A DNA stretch of 64,000 bases, taken from Mayamaea pseudoterrestris (Eukaryota). The position numbers and the translations under genes were made by a program. The first letter of the stretch is position 1. Each line of letters starts with the position of its first letter. Of this stretch, positions 21,269-32,865 are shown one piece after another. Where the stretch lies: the NCBI GenBank assembly GCA_027923505.1, contig BROI01000001.1:992001-1056000 (forward strand), read 5' to 3'. The notes under the pieces are model-generated. The model saw only the letters and a program-made list of their open reading frames with translations. It had not been told where the DNA came from and did no database searches.

Positions 21269-22939
21269 ATGGTGCGGTCATCGATACATCACTTGATCGT
21301 GCTGCTTCATGCAGCGTCGGCGTTTGCTCCGCTGCGGCAGTCAGGAGGAGTGAGAATCACTCGACAAGCACATGCATCCCTCTCGAGTTCGCTCGCTGCA
21401 ACAACCAAGCAAGTTGATGTTCTCGTCGTTGGATCTGGTATATCGGGGAGTTCACTTGCCTTTAACCTATGGAAGCATCATGATAAGGACGTTCTGCTGG
21501 TAGAAAGCAATTCTGTCGTTGGCGGCAATTTAATTTCAAAATCGAATGACGAAGGATTTGTATGGGAGGAAGGTCCAAACAGTTTCCAGCCAACGCCCTA
21601 CATTAGTCGCCTTATTTATGAACTTGGACTGACAGACGACTTGGTCTTGGCAGACGGTTCGCTGCCGCGATTCGTGTACTGGAAAGGCGGAGGTGCGGGT
21701 GACAAGCTGGCCAATCTGCACGCGCTTCCGACCAATCTTCCAAAAGATTTGCTCGATTTTTTTCTCCTGACTTGGCCCGGCAAGATTCGAGCGGGTCTCG
21801 GTGCAATTGGTTTGATCGAGCCGGAACCGACGGATCGAGAGGAGTCCATTCGAGAATTTGTGACGCGACATTTAGGAAAGGAAACCTTTGAGCGAGTCAT
21901 TGATCCGTTTGTTAGCGGAGTGTACGCTGGAGATCCGGATGAATTGTCCATGAAGGCAGCTTTGAAAAAGATCCATCGACTGGAAGGACTCGGAGACTTT
22001 GGTCCTGGCTTGGTTTCAGGAGCAATTGCTCGATTCGCTGAGATTGCAGAAGAAAAGAAGAGCAATCCACCGGATCCAAAGTGGCCGACGTACCAGGGAG
22101 GTCAGTTGGGTAGTTTGCGAAAGGGCCTGATGGGAATGCCTGTCAAAATTGCAGAAGCTTTGGGGAAGGATCGTATTTGGACGAACTCGCCGGTCGACAA
22201 GATTGTCAAGAACAGTGACGGCACGTACAAAGTAACCATGACCAAGGATGGCGAGGAGACCATTGTTGAGGCTCGATCAGTTTGCCTTACAAGTCCTACG
22301 AGAGTGACATGCAAACTTGCCGCTGACTTGATTCCGGCGGCAGCCAAGTTGTCAGAAGTATACGCGCCACCTGTTGCTGCTGTGACCATGGGCTATCCGA
22401 GATCTTCGTTCAAGAAACTACCTGGAGGCACAGCGGAGAAGCCATTGGTCGGTTTTGGGCACTTGCTGCCTCGCGCCATGGGTGTGCGATCGCTTGGAAC
22501 AATATGGAGTTCTAGTCTTTTTCCTGGCCGAGCGCCGGAGGGTTGGGAGTTGCTTTTGACCTACATTGGCGGAGCACGAGATCGTGGAATTGCCGACATG
22601 ACGGAGGAGGAGATTTACCAACAAGTTGACAAAGATAATCACCACATTCTACTCAAAAATGATGCGCCTGCTGGAAAACGTATCGGCATGCGGGTATGGA
22701 AGTTTGCTATTCCGCAATACCGAAAGGGCCATCTTGACATCTTGGCGGCTCTGGAGGAGGATGAAGCTAAATGTCCAGGGTTCTTTGTTGGCGGCAACTA
22801 CCGGTCGGGTGTTGCTTTTGGTGATTGTGTTCAGTTTGGCTGGCAAGAGGCTGAGCGAGTCGTAAAGTACTTGGAGTCTGCACCCCCTCTTTCAATAACG
22901 AACGCTACGACAAAGGCGCAACCAGCAGCAGCTGCATAA
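21269..22939 (+). CDS. PPOX: Protoporphyrinogen oxidase (HemY/PPO), plastid-targeted
   Basis: Signal peptide with ASA-FAP; FAD-binding VVGSGISG, WEEGPNSFQP, DPFVSGVYAGDP, LGTIWSSSLFPGRAP, AIPQY, GNYRSGVAFGDCV. Confidence 0.96.
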   Translation: MVRSSIHHLIVLLHAASAFAPLRQSGGVRITRQAHASLSSSLAATTKQVDVLVVGSGISGSSLAFNLWKHHDKDVLLVESNSVVGGNLISKSNDEGFVWEEGPNSFQPTPYISRLIYELGLTDDLVLADGSLPRFVYWKGGGAGDKLANLHALPTNLPKDLLDFFLLTWPGKIRAGLGAIGLIEPEPTDREESIREFVTRHLGKETFERVIDPFVSGVYAGDPDELSMKAALKKIHRLEGLGDFGPGLVSGAIARFAEIAEEKKSNPPDPKWPTYQGGQLGSLRKGLMGMPVKIAEALGKDRIWTNSPVDKIVKNSDGTYKVTMTKDGEETIVEARSVCLTSPTRVTCKLAADLIPAAAKLSEVYAPPVAAVTMGYPRSSFKKLPGGTAEKPLVGFGHLLPRAMGVRSLGTIWSSSLFPGRAPEGWELLLTYIGGARDRGIADMTEEEIYQQVDKDNHHILLKNDAPAGKRIGMRVWKFAIPQYRKGHLDILAALEEDEAKCPGFFVGGNYRSGVAFGDCVQFGWQEAERVVKYLESAPPLSITNATTKAQPAAAA

Positions 22940-23161
22940 ATTAGTAGTCAAGTTACTACGACTCTAGTCCAGGGATTGAATACAATATTATGAAAGCGCT
23001 TGATTGTAATGGATGCTGTTGAGGTGCACCATCGTGGAAGCGTAATCATATCAAGTCGTATCGGATCGAGGTATGTCAGCAGATGCACCTCGCAGCGTGG
23101 ATCTGTAACGTGGCTTCATTGTGGCGGTGGTAATTTGCAACTTCATATAATCTTGTTGAGT

Positions 23162-24107
23162 ATGTCTCTTAGATCCAATCAACTAATCGCACTCGCTGCG
23201 GCTGTTGCGGCTGCTACGATTGCCGCGGTGGGCATTGGTGTGGCGCTTGCTCCATCAAGACAGGCTAGCTCCGGGACCTCAAGCCTCAACAGTGTCAGTG
23301 TCGATGATGACCTTCATATAGATCCATCCGATGTTCCTTCCTTCACGCCTTCATTTCACCCGACGTTTGTTCCCAGTCCCGCGCCATCAGTGCAGCCAAC
23401 AAACCTCCCGTCAGCGATCCCTTCCATGTGGCCGACCACTACACCTCCCGCGCCAAGTGACGCCCCAAGCTCTTCTCCCACCCGTCAGCCGATTGATCCA
23501 AACTTTTATTTCCGCCTTCGGATGCACTGGGAGCTCGAGTACATGTGGCAAGAAGGTAAGCCGAAGAAATTGATTAATTTATATTGTCACGTTGCTGTCA
23601 GCGGTTCAGTTCGTTGACTGACATTTATTCCAACCTACAGAAACCACGGAACGACAATGGTGCTTGGCATGTGTCCGCTGTGATCCCATTTCCACCACTG
23701 AGTTTGGTCCGCAAGATGGCTGCGTGGACGACGAACCGGATGTCGCGGACTGCTACGTGAATGACCAGTTATGGTTGAATAATTGTGGGGATAATGTTGG
23801 AAATGCAGAGTTTCGTATAGTACCAGGTGCGGACGTTGGCCTAGGAGACCAACTTCAAGTCAAAGATACAGACCTTTGCGTCGAGCTTACTGGCACTCGT
23901 CTGATGGTTCTCGGAATTTGCAACGCAACTGACACTGCCCAAAAGTGGACTGGTTTCGACTTGACCGCTCCCTTTGATTGGAGCCCAAGCGGTCGGGATG
24001 AGCAATGTGTCACTCAGCATCATCACCCAAAGGCGTACGAAGTTATCTATGCAGAAACTTGCTATCTTGCTTGGTTATATAACACTGCGCTGTGGGAGGC
24101 TATTTGA
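23162..24107 (+). CDS. Membrane-anchored or secreted protein with Pro/Ser stalk and Cys/Trp-rich ricin-B-lectin-like C-terminal domain; intron 23556-23640
   Basis: N-terminal hydrophobic helix, PS-x-P repeats, spliced WQEE-TTERQWCLAC, and (Q)xW/Cys pattern (DQLW, DLCV, AQKW, EQCVTQ). Confidence 0.7.
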
Positions 24108-24295
24108 AAAGGTAAAGACATTCAAAATATTGATTTATTATTATGCACAAACCGTTTTTAAAAAGCCATTTACCTGTGCCGCAAGTCATGAACGACAAAG
24201 AGCAGCCAAGCGACAGCACTTGTAAGATGCAGTCGTCGACAACCAGTCTGAGCTTACCGTCGGCGCAGATGACTTTTGCTTCATCATAATCGTCA

Positions 24296-25339
24296 TCACT
24301 TTCGCAACGAATAGTCACCCCGTAGCGTTCGCTCCTTCAAATCGGCATCTAATTTCCACGCGTTACTTTCCACTCCGTTCCATTTGTAGATTGCATGCTC
24401 CATTCTCCGAAAAAAGCCCGACTCGTCCAACACGTCATTGCAAGCACCACTCACAATGCAGTAGTTGCCTTCGTACGGAGCCAGGTGATGCTGCGCATGC
24501 GGCACGCGACCAACGGTTACCCCAGCCTCCTGCAACCAATTGACCCAACTTGGTACTTCACTCTTGCGCTGGTGGCTCCACTTGTGAAGCTCTTGCGACA
24601 TTATTTCCAGTACGCAAAAGACTGTCAGGAACCAAACTGCTGCTGGAAACCTGTCATTGAGTAGCAAATACAAGGCACCCATGCTGACTGGACCGAAAGG
24701 TATGCATAGTTTGTATACATTGTTGCAGAAACCTCGCTCACAAATGGTCCATGGGGCCGAGTGATGACCCTGAAAGGCGGCAATCATGCTGCCCATGACT
24801 GGCGTCTTGCCATTGCCGTAGTTGTCGACGCTCCAGTGAAAGACACCCGAACCAAAGTCGGCAAACAGCCAGCTTGCTACTGTCAATAGTAACGTGTATA
24901 GTACAGTCAGTGTAACGTTACTGTCGTGTAGTTGCAGCATGTGAGCAAAGGCGCTGGATGCAAAGAAGGCGTGACATGCAAAGGTTGCCTGCACCATGGC
25001 GACTTGGTACGGCTTTGTTTCGAGTGAATCGTCTTCAACCACCAAACTGGCGACTCGTCCCTTTGGTCGCTCCAATCCGGAGCCTTCTAGACCAAAGACG
25101 AAACCGTCGTCTGTCCATGATTTTGCGTTGGTGGGAATGGATTGCTGATTCGCGTCGTTACAAGTAGATGGTTCAAGAGAGGATGATGAAGCTGAAGATG
25201 ATGACGCAGCCTCATCAATGGCAATTGCAAACAATGGTTGTATTACTTGTCGTTGCCGATGCTTGAATATAGCAGTAGGTGTGAATGCATTGGAAGGAAT
25301 GACAGCAAGTGCTGCTAGAGTAGTGAGCGCGAATCTCAT
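24296..25339 (-). CDS. FAD4: FAD4-like (TMEM189/Kua family) lipid desaturase, plastid-targeted
   Basis: Signal peptide plus SNA-FTP; ADFGSGVFHWSVDNYG, FQGHHSAPW, SQELHKWSH, HAQHH, NYCIVSG. Confidence 0.9.
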   Translation of the reverse strand: MRFALTTLAALAVIPSNAFTPTAIFKHRQRQVIQPLFAIAIDEAASSSSASSSSLEPSTCNDANQQSIPTNAKSWTDDGFVFGLEGSGLERPKGRVASLVVEDDSLETKPYQVAMVQATFACHAFFASSAFAHMLQLHDSNVTLTVLYTLLLTVASWLFADFGSGVFHWSVDNYGNGKTPVMGSMIAAFQGHHSAPWTICERGFCNNVYKLCIPFGPVSMGALYLLLNDRFPAAVWFLTVFCVLEIMSQELHKWSHQRKSEVPSWVNWLQEAGVTVGRVPHAQHHLAPYEGNYCIVSGACNDVLDESGFFRRMEHAIYKWNGVESNAWKLDADLKERTLRGDYSLRK

Positions 25340-25726
25340 GTTGCTGGTTGTACCGGTATGTGATCGAAGGCACCTCATCGATTAGAAGTAGAAACGTGAT
25401 TTGGACAGTTATGATTGCACTGCACCTTTTCTATTGATCAAGACTGCGTGGCCCTTTCTTCTCGCGTCGTGGTGTTGATGCAAGATGCAAGTTGACGACG
25501 GGCATCGTCATCGTCGGGTGGTTCTTTTTCGCCTTGGAATGAGTCAGCCGAAATTCTCAAAACGTCATCTCGTCTCACTCGTAGCGGTATTCACTGCGAT
25601 GACATTCAACTACGTACAATACGTACTACACGTAGCATTCATAACGACTCTGCTCAGATTTACTCGAACTTGACTACGAGTATAGCTGAACTAAGGCAAC
25701 TATAACAAGATTCAATAACAGGTCAC

Positions 25727-26900
25727 TCATTCATCCAGATCCACAGGTTCGATCAAAAGCTCCGAAAAGGACTTGAGCTTCTCGACACCACGAACTTCGT
25801 AATCAAGCAAGGGCATGAGCACCACGTGAAAGTCATCACCATAGAGGTCAAAGCACTGGCCAATATACTTGTCTTGCATGCGCTTGCGCGCCAGCATCTT
25901 GGTGCAGATCTCTTGGGCTTCCGACGGAAGTGATTTGCCGTTTGCCTCGTACCACTCGGATAATTCTTCGGCGTCCTTTTCCGGAAAAAGGACTTGGTTG
26001 ACAACAATGTTGTGTGAGTCAATGCCATACTTTGATAGCTCCTGCACCAGTCTCTCCGTTTCGTATATGGACAAGAACTCTGGAATGCAGACGCAAACAA
26101 ACGTCGTCTTGGCTGGATCGCGGAACGCTTGGTTGACCTTGTTAATGACGGCGCGCGTCTCCTCCAATTTTCCAAGCAGCTGCTCCTGCGCTTGTGCAGG
26201 ATTGTTTCCTCCGCTTAACAGGGCAGTTGCCTGGCCAATCAAGCCACCGAACCTATCCTTGAGCTCCCATACCTTGGCAAACGCCTTCTCCAAGATGGTC
26301 GGGAAGGACAAGAGACGAAGCGTATGACCTGTCGGGGCAGTGTCGAAAACAACAACGTCGAAATCAAGTTGCTGCACCTGCTTCATGAGCTCACTGAAAC
26401 TCATAGCTTCGTCAATGCCCGGAATGCTGTTTTGCAAGTCGTTGAACATTTGTCCAAATATATCATTCTCTTCGTCAGCGTCTGCTTCAATCTGAGACTG
26501 CGTCTCCTGTGACGGATCAATCTCCATGGCGGAAAGGTTGTCAAATCCGTTGATCGGCGTCGGTTCGCGGCCAATCTTTTGGCAAAAGGCGTCGGACAGA
26601 TTGTGTGCAGGGTCTGTTGACACAAGGAGGACCTGGATGGAAAAAATGTTAGATTAGAAACATTAAACCACCTAGAGTAGCAAAACCTTTTTTCCCGATG
26701 CATTGATCGCGCTGTGAGCTTACATTCTTCCTCGACTTGGCGAGCTGCGCTGCTAGGCAACATGAAGACGTCGTCTTTCCCACGCCTCCCTTTCCACCGA
26801 CAAAAATCCACTGCAATGTCGTTTGGTCAATGATGTTCTTAAGACTTGGATCCAAAAAATCCGCATCGTCAAACTCGTCCTTGTTGCTGCTGCTTGCCAT
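25727..26900 (-). CDS. ASNA1: ArsA/GET3 tail-anchored protein insertion ATPase; intron 26633-26723
   Basis: [10 protein letters not shown], spliced [44 protein letters not shown]. Confidence 0.95.
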
Positions 26901-27376
26901 GGTTTCTAATGCTGCTGTATTTATACCAAACTGCGCGAAAAGGAAATGAAAGGCAACGGTGAATGTCGTTCGATGTGGCTCGTAATCTTCCAAACGTCTC
27001 CTCTTGACGACGGATGCACTACAGGGCTACAGGGGTCGCGCAACCGCTTGATCACGGCTGGCCCAGCAGCGATAGTCACGATAAACTTCCCGTATAATAA
27101 TACGTATTCTTCAATAAACTCCTTTTTGCTTACATTACACCACAAGCTACTCCTCATGTACGTACACCCACGACAGGAAGGAACGACGACGATTTTGCAA
27201 TGAGGTGCTTTCGCGACGACGACGCGCTGATCCGCACCACACGTTCCGGTGTGAAAACTCGCCCCTAAAAATTAGTGGTTCTCTACAGCAAGTTGCGGGG
27301 GCACCATGCTGGGCAATGCTGGGCATGAAGGTTATCTTACCAGGCAGCACTCTTTTGACTCACCATTCCAGTAGAC

Positions 27377-28765
27377 ATGCCGTCCAGCAGCAATAAGCTC
27401 GCCTATCTTTCTAGCAAGTATTTGGAGGATCCGAAGCAAAAGAAGAAGAAAAAGAAACACAAGAAGGGTTCCCGTCGTCGTCATGACAATGATGACGACT
27501 CGAATGACACGAACCATGATTTTGAAATCGCTTTTTTGAATGAGCCAGAGGAGCCAGACGACTTTGGAGATGACTACGAGGAGGAAGGTCCCGTCGTCGT
27601 TGATACGAGCGAGATTGCAAATACTCTTCCAACGGCAGCAGGACCAGTGCAAACTACAAGCAGCAATCCGCCTTTTCGCCGGCAGCGACATGACTCGTCA
27701 GATTCGGATCAGTCTGCAATTGTTCAAAAGCAACCTTCTACCATGGCAAAGCGACGGCAGCGACATGACTCGGATTCGGATCAAGCGGAGAGCAATCAAG
27801 GTGCAGTTCACAAACGACAACGTCACGACTCGTCCTCGGATGAAGGCGACGTAAACAGTGGCAATATACAACGTCGACGCTATGATTCCTCGAGTGACAA
27901 TGGAGAAGACGAAGACGATGAGAAGATTGTCGTTAATCAGCCTGCAAAGGCTCGCAAGCGCCATGATTCATTTTCGTCCGATGCGAGCGGAGAGAGGCGG
28001 TCGAAAAAGGCGCGTCGTCGCCATGATTCAAACTCGAGCAGCGAGGACCATTCCGAAGCAGCTCGCCGCGTTAGTCACAGCCGTCGTCAACGACACGACT
28101 CGGATGATTCAAGCGATGATAGCTCCAACGGTAAAAGCAACGATTCACGAGACCGCCTTTCGACGGGTCACAAGGCTGGTTTGCAAACATCCGACGATTT
28201 TGCCAAGCAGCAAGCCAAAACAATGAAGCGAACGAAGCGCGAAGCGCAAGCCACCGTTGACAAGCACGGCATGGGTGAAACTGTATATCGCGACAAGCAC
28301 GGTTGTCGGCAGACGCAGAGCGATGCATTGGATGCGCAACATGAGGCGCGCCGACTGGCGTTGCAGAAGCAGCAAGACCAACTCGCACTCAACATGGGAA
28401 CGAAGCAAAAGCAAGCACTACAGCAGCAACAAGAGGAAATTACAAAGTTGGCGTCGGCTGGTTTTGCTCGGCACGCTGACGATGATGAATTGGAGTCGTT
28501 GCGCAAGTCGGCGATTCGCGAGGGAGACCCAATGGCGCCGCAAGCCGCGCGGCAATCAAAAAAGCAATTTAGCGGTGGAGGCGGGCCAAGCAAGCGACTG
28601 TACTCGGGTCCGCCACCAAAGCCAAACCGCTTCAACATTCGACCAGGTTTCCGATGGGACGGCATTGATCGAGGCAATGGGTTTGAGGATAAACTGCTTG
28701 CGCGGCAGTACATGAAGCAGCATCAAGCCGAGCAGGCGCACATGTGGAGCACGAGGGACATGTAG
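27377..28765 (+). CDS. BUD13: Pre-mRNA splicing factor BUD13/Cwc26 (RES complex)
   Basis: N-terminal YLSSKYL, repeated RxRHDS motifs, ETVYRD, GDPM, PNRFNIRPGFRWDGIDRGNGFE, C-terminal WSTRDM. Confidence 0.93.
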   Translation: MPSSSNKLAYLSSKYLEDPKQKKKKKKHKKGSRRRHDNDDDSNDTNHDFEIAFLNEPEEPDDFGDDYEEEGPVVVDTSEIANTLPTAAGPVQTTSSNPPFRRQRHDSSDSDQSAIVQKQPSTMAKRRQRHDSDSDQAESNQGAVHKRQRHDSSSDEGDVNSGNIQRRRYDSSSDNGEDEDDEKIVVNQPAKARKRHDSFSSDASGERRSKKARRRHDSNSSSEDHSEAARRVSHSRRQRHDSDDSSDDSSNGKSNDSRDRLSTGHKAGLQTSDDFAKQQAKTMKRTKREAQATVDKHGMGETVYRDKHGCRQTQSDALDAQHEARRLALQKQQDQLALNMGTKQKQALQQQQEEITKLASAGFARHADDDELESLRKSAIREGDPMAPQAARQSKKQFSGGGGPSKRLYSGPPPKPNRFNIRPGFRWDGIDRGNGFEDKLLARQYMKQHQAEQAHMWSTRDM

Positions 28766-28931
28766 TTGGCAAGTCTTTCTGCATGAAACCCATAATTTGG
28801 ATAACTGCAATAATTAAGCAATACTCATTTAAATAGAGAGAAGTTATAGCGAACGTACTACTCTGAGATACCCAGCGAACATGCACAATCATTCATAATT
28901 TTCAATGCATTCAATCGACTTTCTGCCCACT

Positions 28932-30113
28932 TTACGTCTGTTCCCACTTTCCCGACTTGGCCGATTCGTAAATGGCAAGTGCAACACGCACATCGTCAGC
29001 TTCGTAAAGTACATTTTCATGAGCAATATCGTGACGTCCTTCCAGGCAGAGTCGATTGATATTGCTCCAAAGGTGGACAAAGCCGCGGTAGAACCAATCT
29101 TTGTGTGGCTGCCCGATGATCACTTTGCCATGCGGGTTCTCCTCGTTGTAGACGCGCAATCCGCCATCGCCATGAATCACAATCTCTCCATCCGTCCCAG
29201 TGATGCGGAAGTATGGGCACGAGTCGTGAGCCATGGGAGCGGTTGCCAGCATATTGCACGAAAACGTGCCCACGAGGCAGCCCGACCCCGAAGGCTGTGT
29301 CAAATATCCTTCCGTCTCGGCGGGAGCAAATTTGAGCAGGGCATGCGACAAAGTTTCTCCCTCCATCTCGAGATCCGGCGTCAATCCCGTGCGGGTGACG
29401 CCAAACACCTCGTCAATGCGGCCGAGCATTTCGCGCAACGGACGGATCCAATGAAGTCCACCATCAATGGTAATGCCACCTCCCATTTGTCCCTTTTGCG
29501 AACGCCAGCCCAAGCCTCCCGTAAGATCGTAGCTTCCCTTGGCCGTCTGATAGTAATAGGACGCAGCCGTAATGACATGGCCAATGGCTCCTTCCTTGAT
29601 CAATCGCTTCGCTTCATCCACCTCCTCAAAGTGTGGCGACTGCTCCGTGATAACCATCATCATCTTGTTGTTCGCCCACGCATCCTGCGAGGCCTGCACC
29701 AAGCTGTCGAGCGCCATGCGGGATGTTGCCATGGGTTTTTCCAACACCAACAGCTTGTCATGGCAGTGCGTCAAAACTTGGAGCGCCAATGGTTCATGCT
29801 GGTCGTGCGGGACAGCGAGAAAGACAATGTGAACGCGGTCCATGAGATCCTTGTCGGCGAGCAAATCCGCGACGGAGGAAAACTCGGCGAGCGACTCTTC
29901 GGGCGCTTCCGTTTCCTGAACGTTTTTCATGAGTTGTTTCGTCGCATCCAAGTCCTTGATTTCCTCGCGCTGTTCCGGGTCGGGGTCGACGATGGCGCGC
30001 AGAACGATGTTCGTCTGGTTCTCAGCAATGGCACGAAGGTGGCATGGCATGATCTTGCCGCATCCGACGACGGCTAGGCCCATGGACGAGTTGGGAGAGA
30101 TTGTAGATAGCAT
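28932..30113 (-). CDS. Gfo/Idh/MocA family NAD(P)-dependent oxidoreductase
   Basis: VVGCGKI, AVPHDQH, LEKPMA, GGGITIDGGLHWI, ITGTDGEI, AIYESAKSG. Confidence 0.92.
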   Translation of the reverse strand: MLSTISPNSSMGLAVVGCGKIMPCHLRAIAENQTNIVLRAIVDPDPEQREEIKDLDATKQLMKNVQETEAPEESLAEFSSVADLLADKDLMDRVHIVFLAVPHDQHEPLALQVLTHCHDKLLVLEKPMATSRMALDSLVQASQDAWANNKMMMVITEQSPHFEEVDEAKRLIKEGAIGHVITAASYYYQTAKGSYDLTGGLGWRSQKGQMGGGITIDGGLHWIRPLREMLGRIDEVFGVTRTGLTPDLEMEGETLSHALLKFAPAETEGYLTQPSGSGCLVGTFSCNMLATAPMAHDSCPYFRITGTDGEIVIHGDGGLRVYNEENPHGKVIIGQPHKDWFYRGFVHLWSNINRLCLEGRHDIAHENVLYEADDVRVALAIYESAKSGKWEQT

Positions 30114-30537
30114 ATTTCAAGATAAAGTAGGCGGCAATGATGCAGTGCAGATGGTTGTGCAGTTTTGTTTTATTTTGCTCAGCCAATTGCCGCAGGTTCT
30201 CTTGATACTTTGCGAAGGTTCGCTATGGCCACTTTAAGTCTCGACGAACATTGTTGGATACTCACAGTGCATCTCGAGAACTGCAAAATCATTCCGACTC
30301 AGTCTTCTCACTCATAAAATGCTAAATAATCCTAGGTGATCACCAAAACACAGTACTAATGATGAGTGGCGAGAAAGTGGAAATATAATTGACCTAACGC
30401 CAGGGATCGTATTGAATGTCGCTAGCAATCCGAGAAAAGGAGAATACCGCCAAGGGCAATTTGAGTCACTAACAGTTGTATGAACAAAATTATGCATCAT
30501 TGTGAGCATTAGCATGCTCCAATGCTTGCTTTGCTTG

Positions 30538-31425
30538 TCATCCTTGAAAAAATAGTGGCTGCTGCAGTATCGCTTGCATGCGCATGGCGTTGAATTGCAA
30601 CTGAGCCACGACAAAGTCCATTGCCAGTAAATTGTGCTTTAACGAGGAACGCCTCGACAAGTTGCTACTCAAAAATGAAACCAATCGCTCGCATCCAATA
30701 ATGCTAATTTCGCCAGATCGCTCTAAATCGGCCGTCGCCAAGATCAAGTCCTTGCATCCGCGTGCATCTACAATGACATTGACAGCAGCATTCTTCCAGT
30801 CCACGTCAACAGTATGTAAAGGTAAATGTCCAAAATTGGTGATATTCGTCCCGGAAGCATTCAGGTGAAAATTGTTTTGATGCTCGTGCGGATATAATAG
30901 ATTGGTAAGAAGAATGACGAGTGGAACCGCGAGAACATAGCTGGAATGTTGCGTTGCTGTGAGTACGACTCGGGCAAGCACGGCTTCAGCCATGGCGGGT
31001 CGCAGCATGGACTTGTCATGAGCAGCCGTCTTTAGTACTGAAAACAACTTCTTCATTAACATTGTGTTCATGGAATAGTATTGCATGTACTCGTTAAGCT
31101 CTTGGAACAATCCATTGACTCGTCGCGTCACGCGACTTCCAGTCATCGCATCAAAAGTTTCGCCAATTAGATCAAGCCTCTCGTCAATTCGAATAGCCAG
31201 CAAATCCTTGTAGTAGCCGACAATCATTCGAGAAAGTCCCTGCTCGCGTAGCAGGCGATTCGTGCATAGCATGGTTGCTTCTAAATTCTGCAAAACGTGG
31301 ATTGCATCGTTGTCAGGTGTGCTAGCAGGAAGCAGCGGCTGGCGACGACGCGACGTGGCATGCTTTTTGGTTTTCTTGCTCGGCGTTTCGTGCTGCAAGT
31401 CTGTCTTATTCTTTCGTAACGACAT
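30538..31425 (-). CDS. Hypothetical protein, predicted helical
   Basis: About 295-codon ORF with a basic N-terminal segment (possible NLS); no recognised family. Confidence 0.55.
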   Translation of the reverse strand: MSLRKNKTDLQHETPSKKTKKHATSRRRQPLLPASTPDNDAIHVLQNLEATMLCTNRLLREQGLSRMIVGYYKDLLAIRIDERLDLIGETFDAMTGSRVTRRVNGLFQELNEYMQYYSMNTMLMKKLFSVLKTAAHDKSMLRPAMAEAVLARVVLTATQHSSYVLAVPLVILLTNLLYPHEHQNNFHLNASGTNITNFGHLPLHTVDVDWKNAAVNVIVDARGCKDLILATADLERSGEISIIGCERLVSFLSSNLSRRSSLKHNLLAMDFVVAQLQFNAMRMQAILQQPLFFQG

Positions 31426-31683
31426 GGTGATGATGTAGTCAATGCTACAGGTACATGCGGTGGCAGAAGAGCGGCAAGCAGTTCGATGATGCTGGGGACG
31501 CCGGCGTTCCATGGCCTTCGCTGGATGGATTCGAGCTAATCGGTCATGAATCTGATTGGTTGTCAGGTCATGAAAACGAATTGTTGAAAACTGGTGCGAC
31601 TAACACGACTGACAGCAGTGGAGCGACGATGGACGGCAATCACTCAAATCACTCAAACATTGGCGGAGTGAGCGAAACTGATA

Positions 31684-32679
31684 ATGCCAACACCAGCAGT
31701 ACCTTCTAAATCCAAAGCCGTGCTGGTAGTCAGGAGACGCAGTAAATTTGTCAAGGCTGTTGTAGCTTCAACTCGATCAAGAGGTATTCCTTCTTTTCCA
31801 GGTGCAGCCTCTGCTAGAAACAAGTCTGGTGCAGTGAACTTTCAACGACAAGAGGCAGATGAAGCAAACGAAGTAGACGATCATGGCGATGATTCAATAT
31901 TTCAAAATGTCGAATGCGAAACGCTCTTGGTGATTCAGTCGCTCGTGCAGAATCCAGCCACTAGCATTTCCATTCCATTTTCAAGCAATGGCAGTCGTTC
32001 CGTTTACGCTGCCTTGCCCTGTCAACTGTACAATGCGCTGCATTCACAAAAGGCTGCAGCCGATGTAGTCGTGAGTCGCGAACTGCAGCAGCTTTTGCAT
32101 GGCAACAGAAAGGCTTTGGTGCAGCTTTCGGCGGCTGGCAAGGCGGATGCCGATGATTCCGTCAAGGTGCTTTTGCTTGCGCAAGACTATGCAAGCATTG
32201 CTAGGGATTCAACAGGCAATGAAACTACAATGGAGGCAGTTGAATGGTTTATCAAGCACTTGAAAGATTGGAAAGGGGGCTCGGTGATTGGATATGACAA
32301 TTTTCGTCGCGTACATTCTACAGACCCCTTGCTAAAAACATGCTCGCTTGATGGCACGCTGGCGGCTCTGTCTCAAGCTCAAGTTCTCATGCCATGTCGA
32401 CGAAGCATTCATTCGAGTTCCAGCAGTAGCGGTCAGTCCTATCAATACTGGCTGCCAACATGGGGCGTGGTTTTGCAGGCGTGGACTAAGGCCGTGAAAC
32501 AAGTACTGGCGCTTTTGAAACGATCCCACTACAAGGAGCGAATGGAGCAAGCATTGCAGCAGCCGCATTGTCCAATTCCAATACGATTGGTGTTGGATTG
32601 GCTAGTTGATCAAGGACAAGTTGAGCGTGTCGAGCGAGCTTCTGGAACCATGATTCGGTTGGTTTCCAACGTCGAGTAA
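31684..32679 (+). CDS. STK19-like winged-helix protein
   Basis: The C-terminus YQYWLPTWG...VLALLKRSHYKE...LVDQGQVERVERASGTMIRL resembles the STK19 C-terminal pattern (from memory). Confidence 0.65.
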   Translation: MPTPAVPSKSKAVLVVRRRSKFVKAVVASTRSRGIPSFPGAASARNKSGAVNFQRQEADEANEVDDHGDDSIFQNVECETLLVIQSLVQNPATSISIPFSSNGSRSVYAALPCQLYNALHSQKAAADVVVSRELQQLLHGNRKALVQLSAAGKADADDSVKVLLLAQDYASIARDSTGNETTMEAVEWFIKHLKDWKGGSVIGYDNFRRVHSTDPLLKTCSLDGTLAALSQAQVLMPCRRSIHSSSSSSGQSYQYWLPTWGVVLQAWTKAVKQVLALLKRSHYKERMEQALQQPHCPIPIRLVLDWLVDQGQVERVERASGTMIRLVSNVE

Positions 32680-32865
32680 GATACACGAGGCTGCACAGCA
32701 GGTAGTTGGTTTTACTATATAAATATTTATAGAAGTTTCAATACTCCCATAGCATGTGGCTTGCTCTTAATCGGTATATGCATCGCCAGTGGCCGAGCAA
32801 ATGCACGTCGGAAGTCAAATGCTACCGGTAGATTGATTGGTACACTCATCACACGTTTCAGGCAT

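Noticed and set aside
27680..28110. Recurring CGACATGACTCG-like DNA repeats resembling a spaced array
   Set aside because: They encode the RxRHDS repeats of BUD13; irregular spacing, and not CRISPR.
28905..30077. 390-aa plus-strand ORF
   Set aside because: Antisense shadow of the Gfo/Idh/MocA gene.
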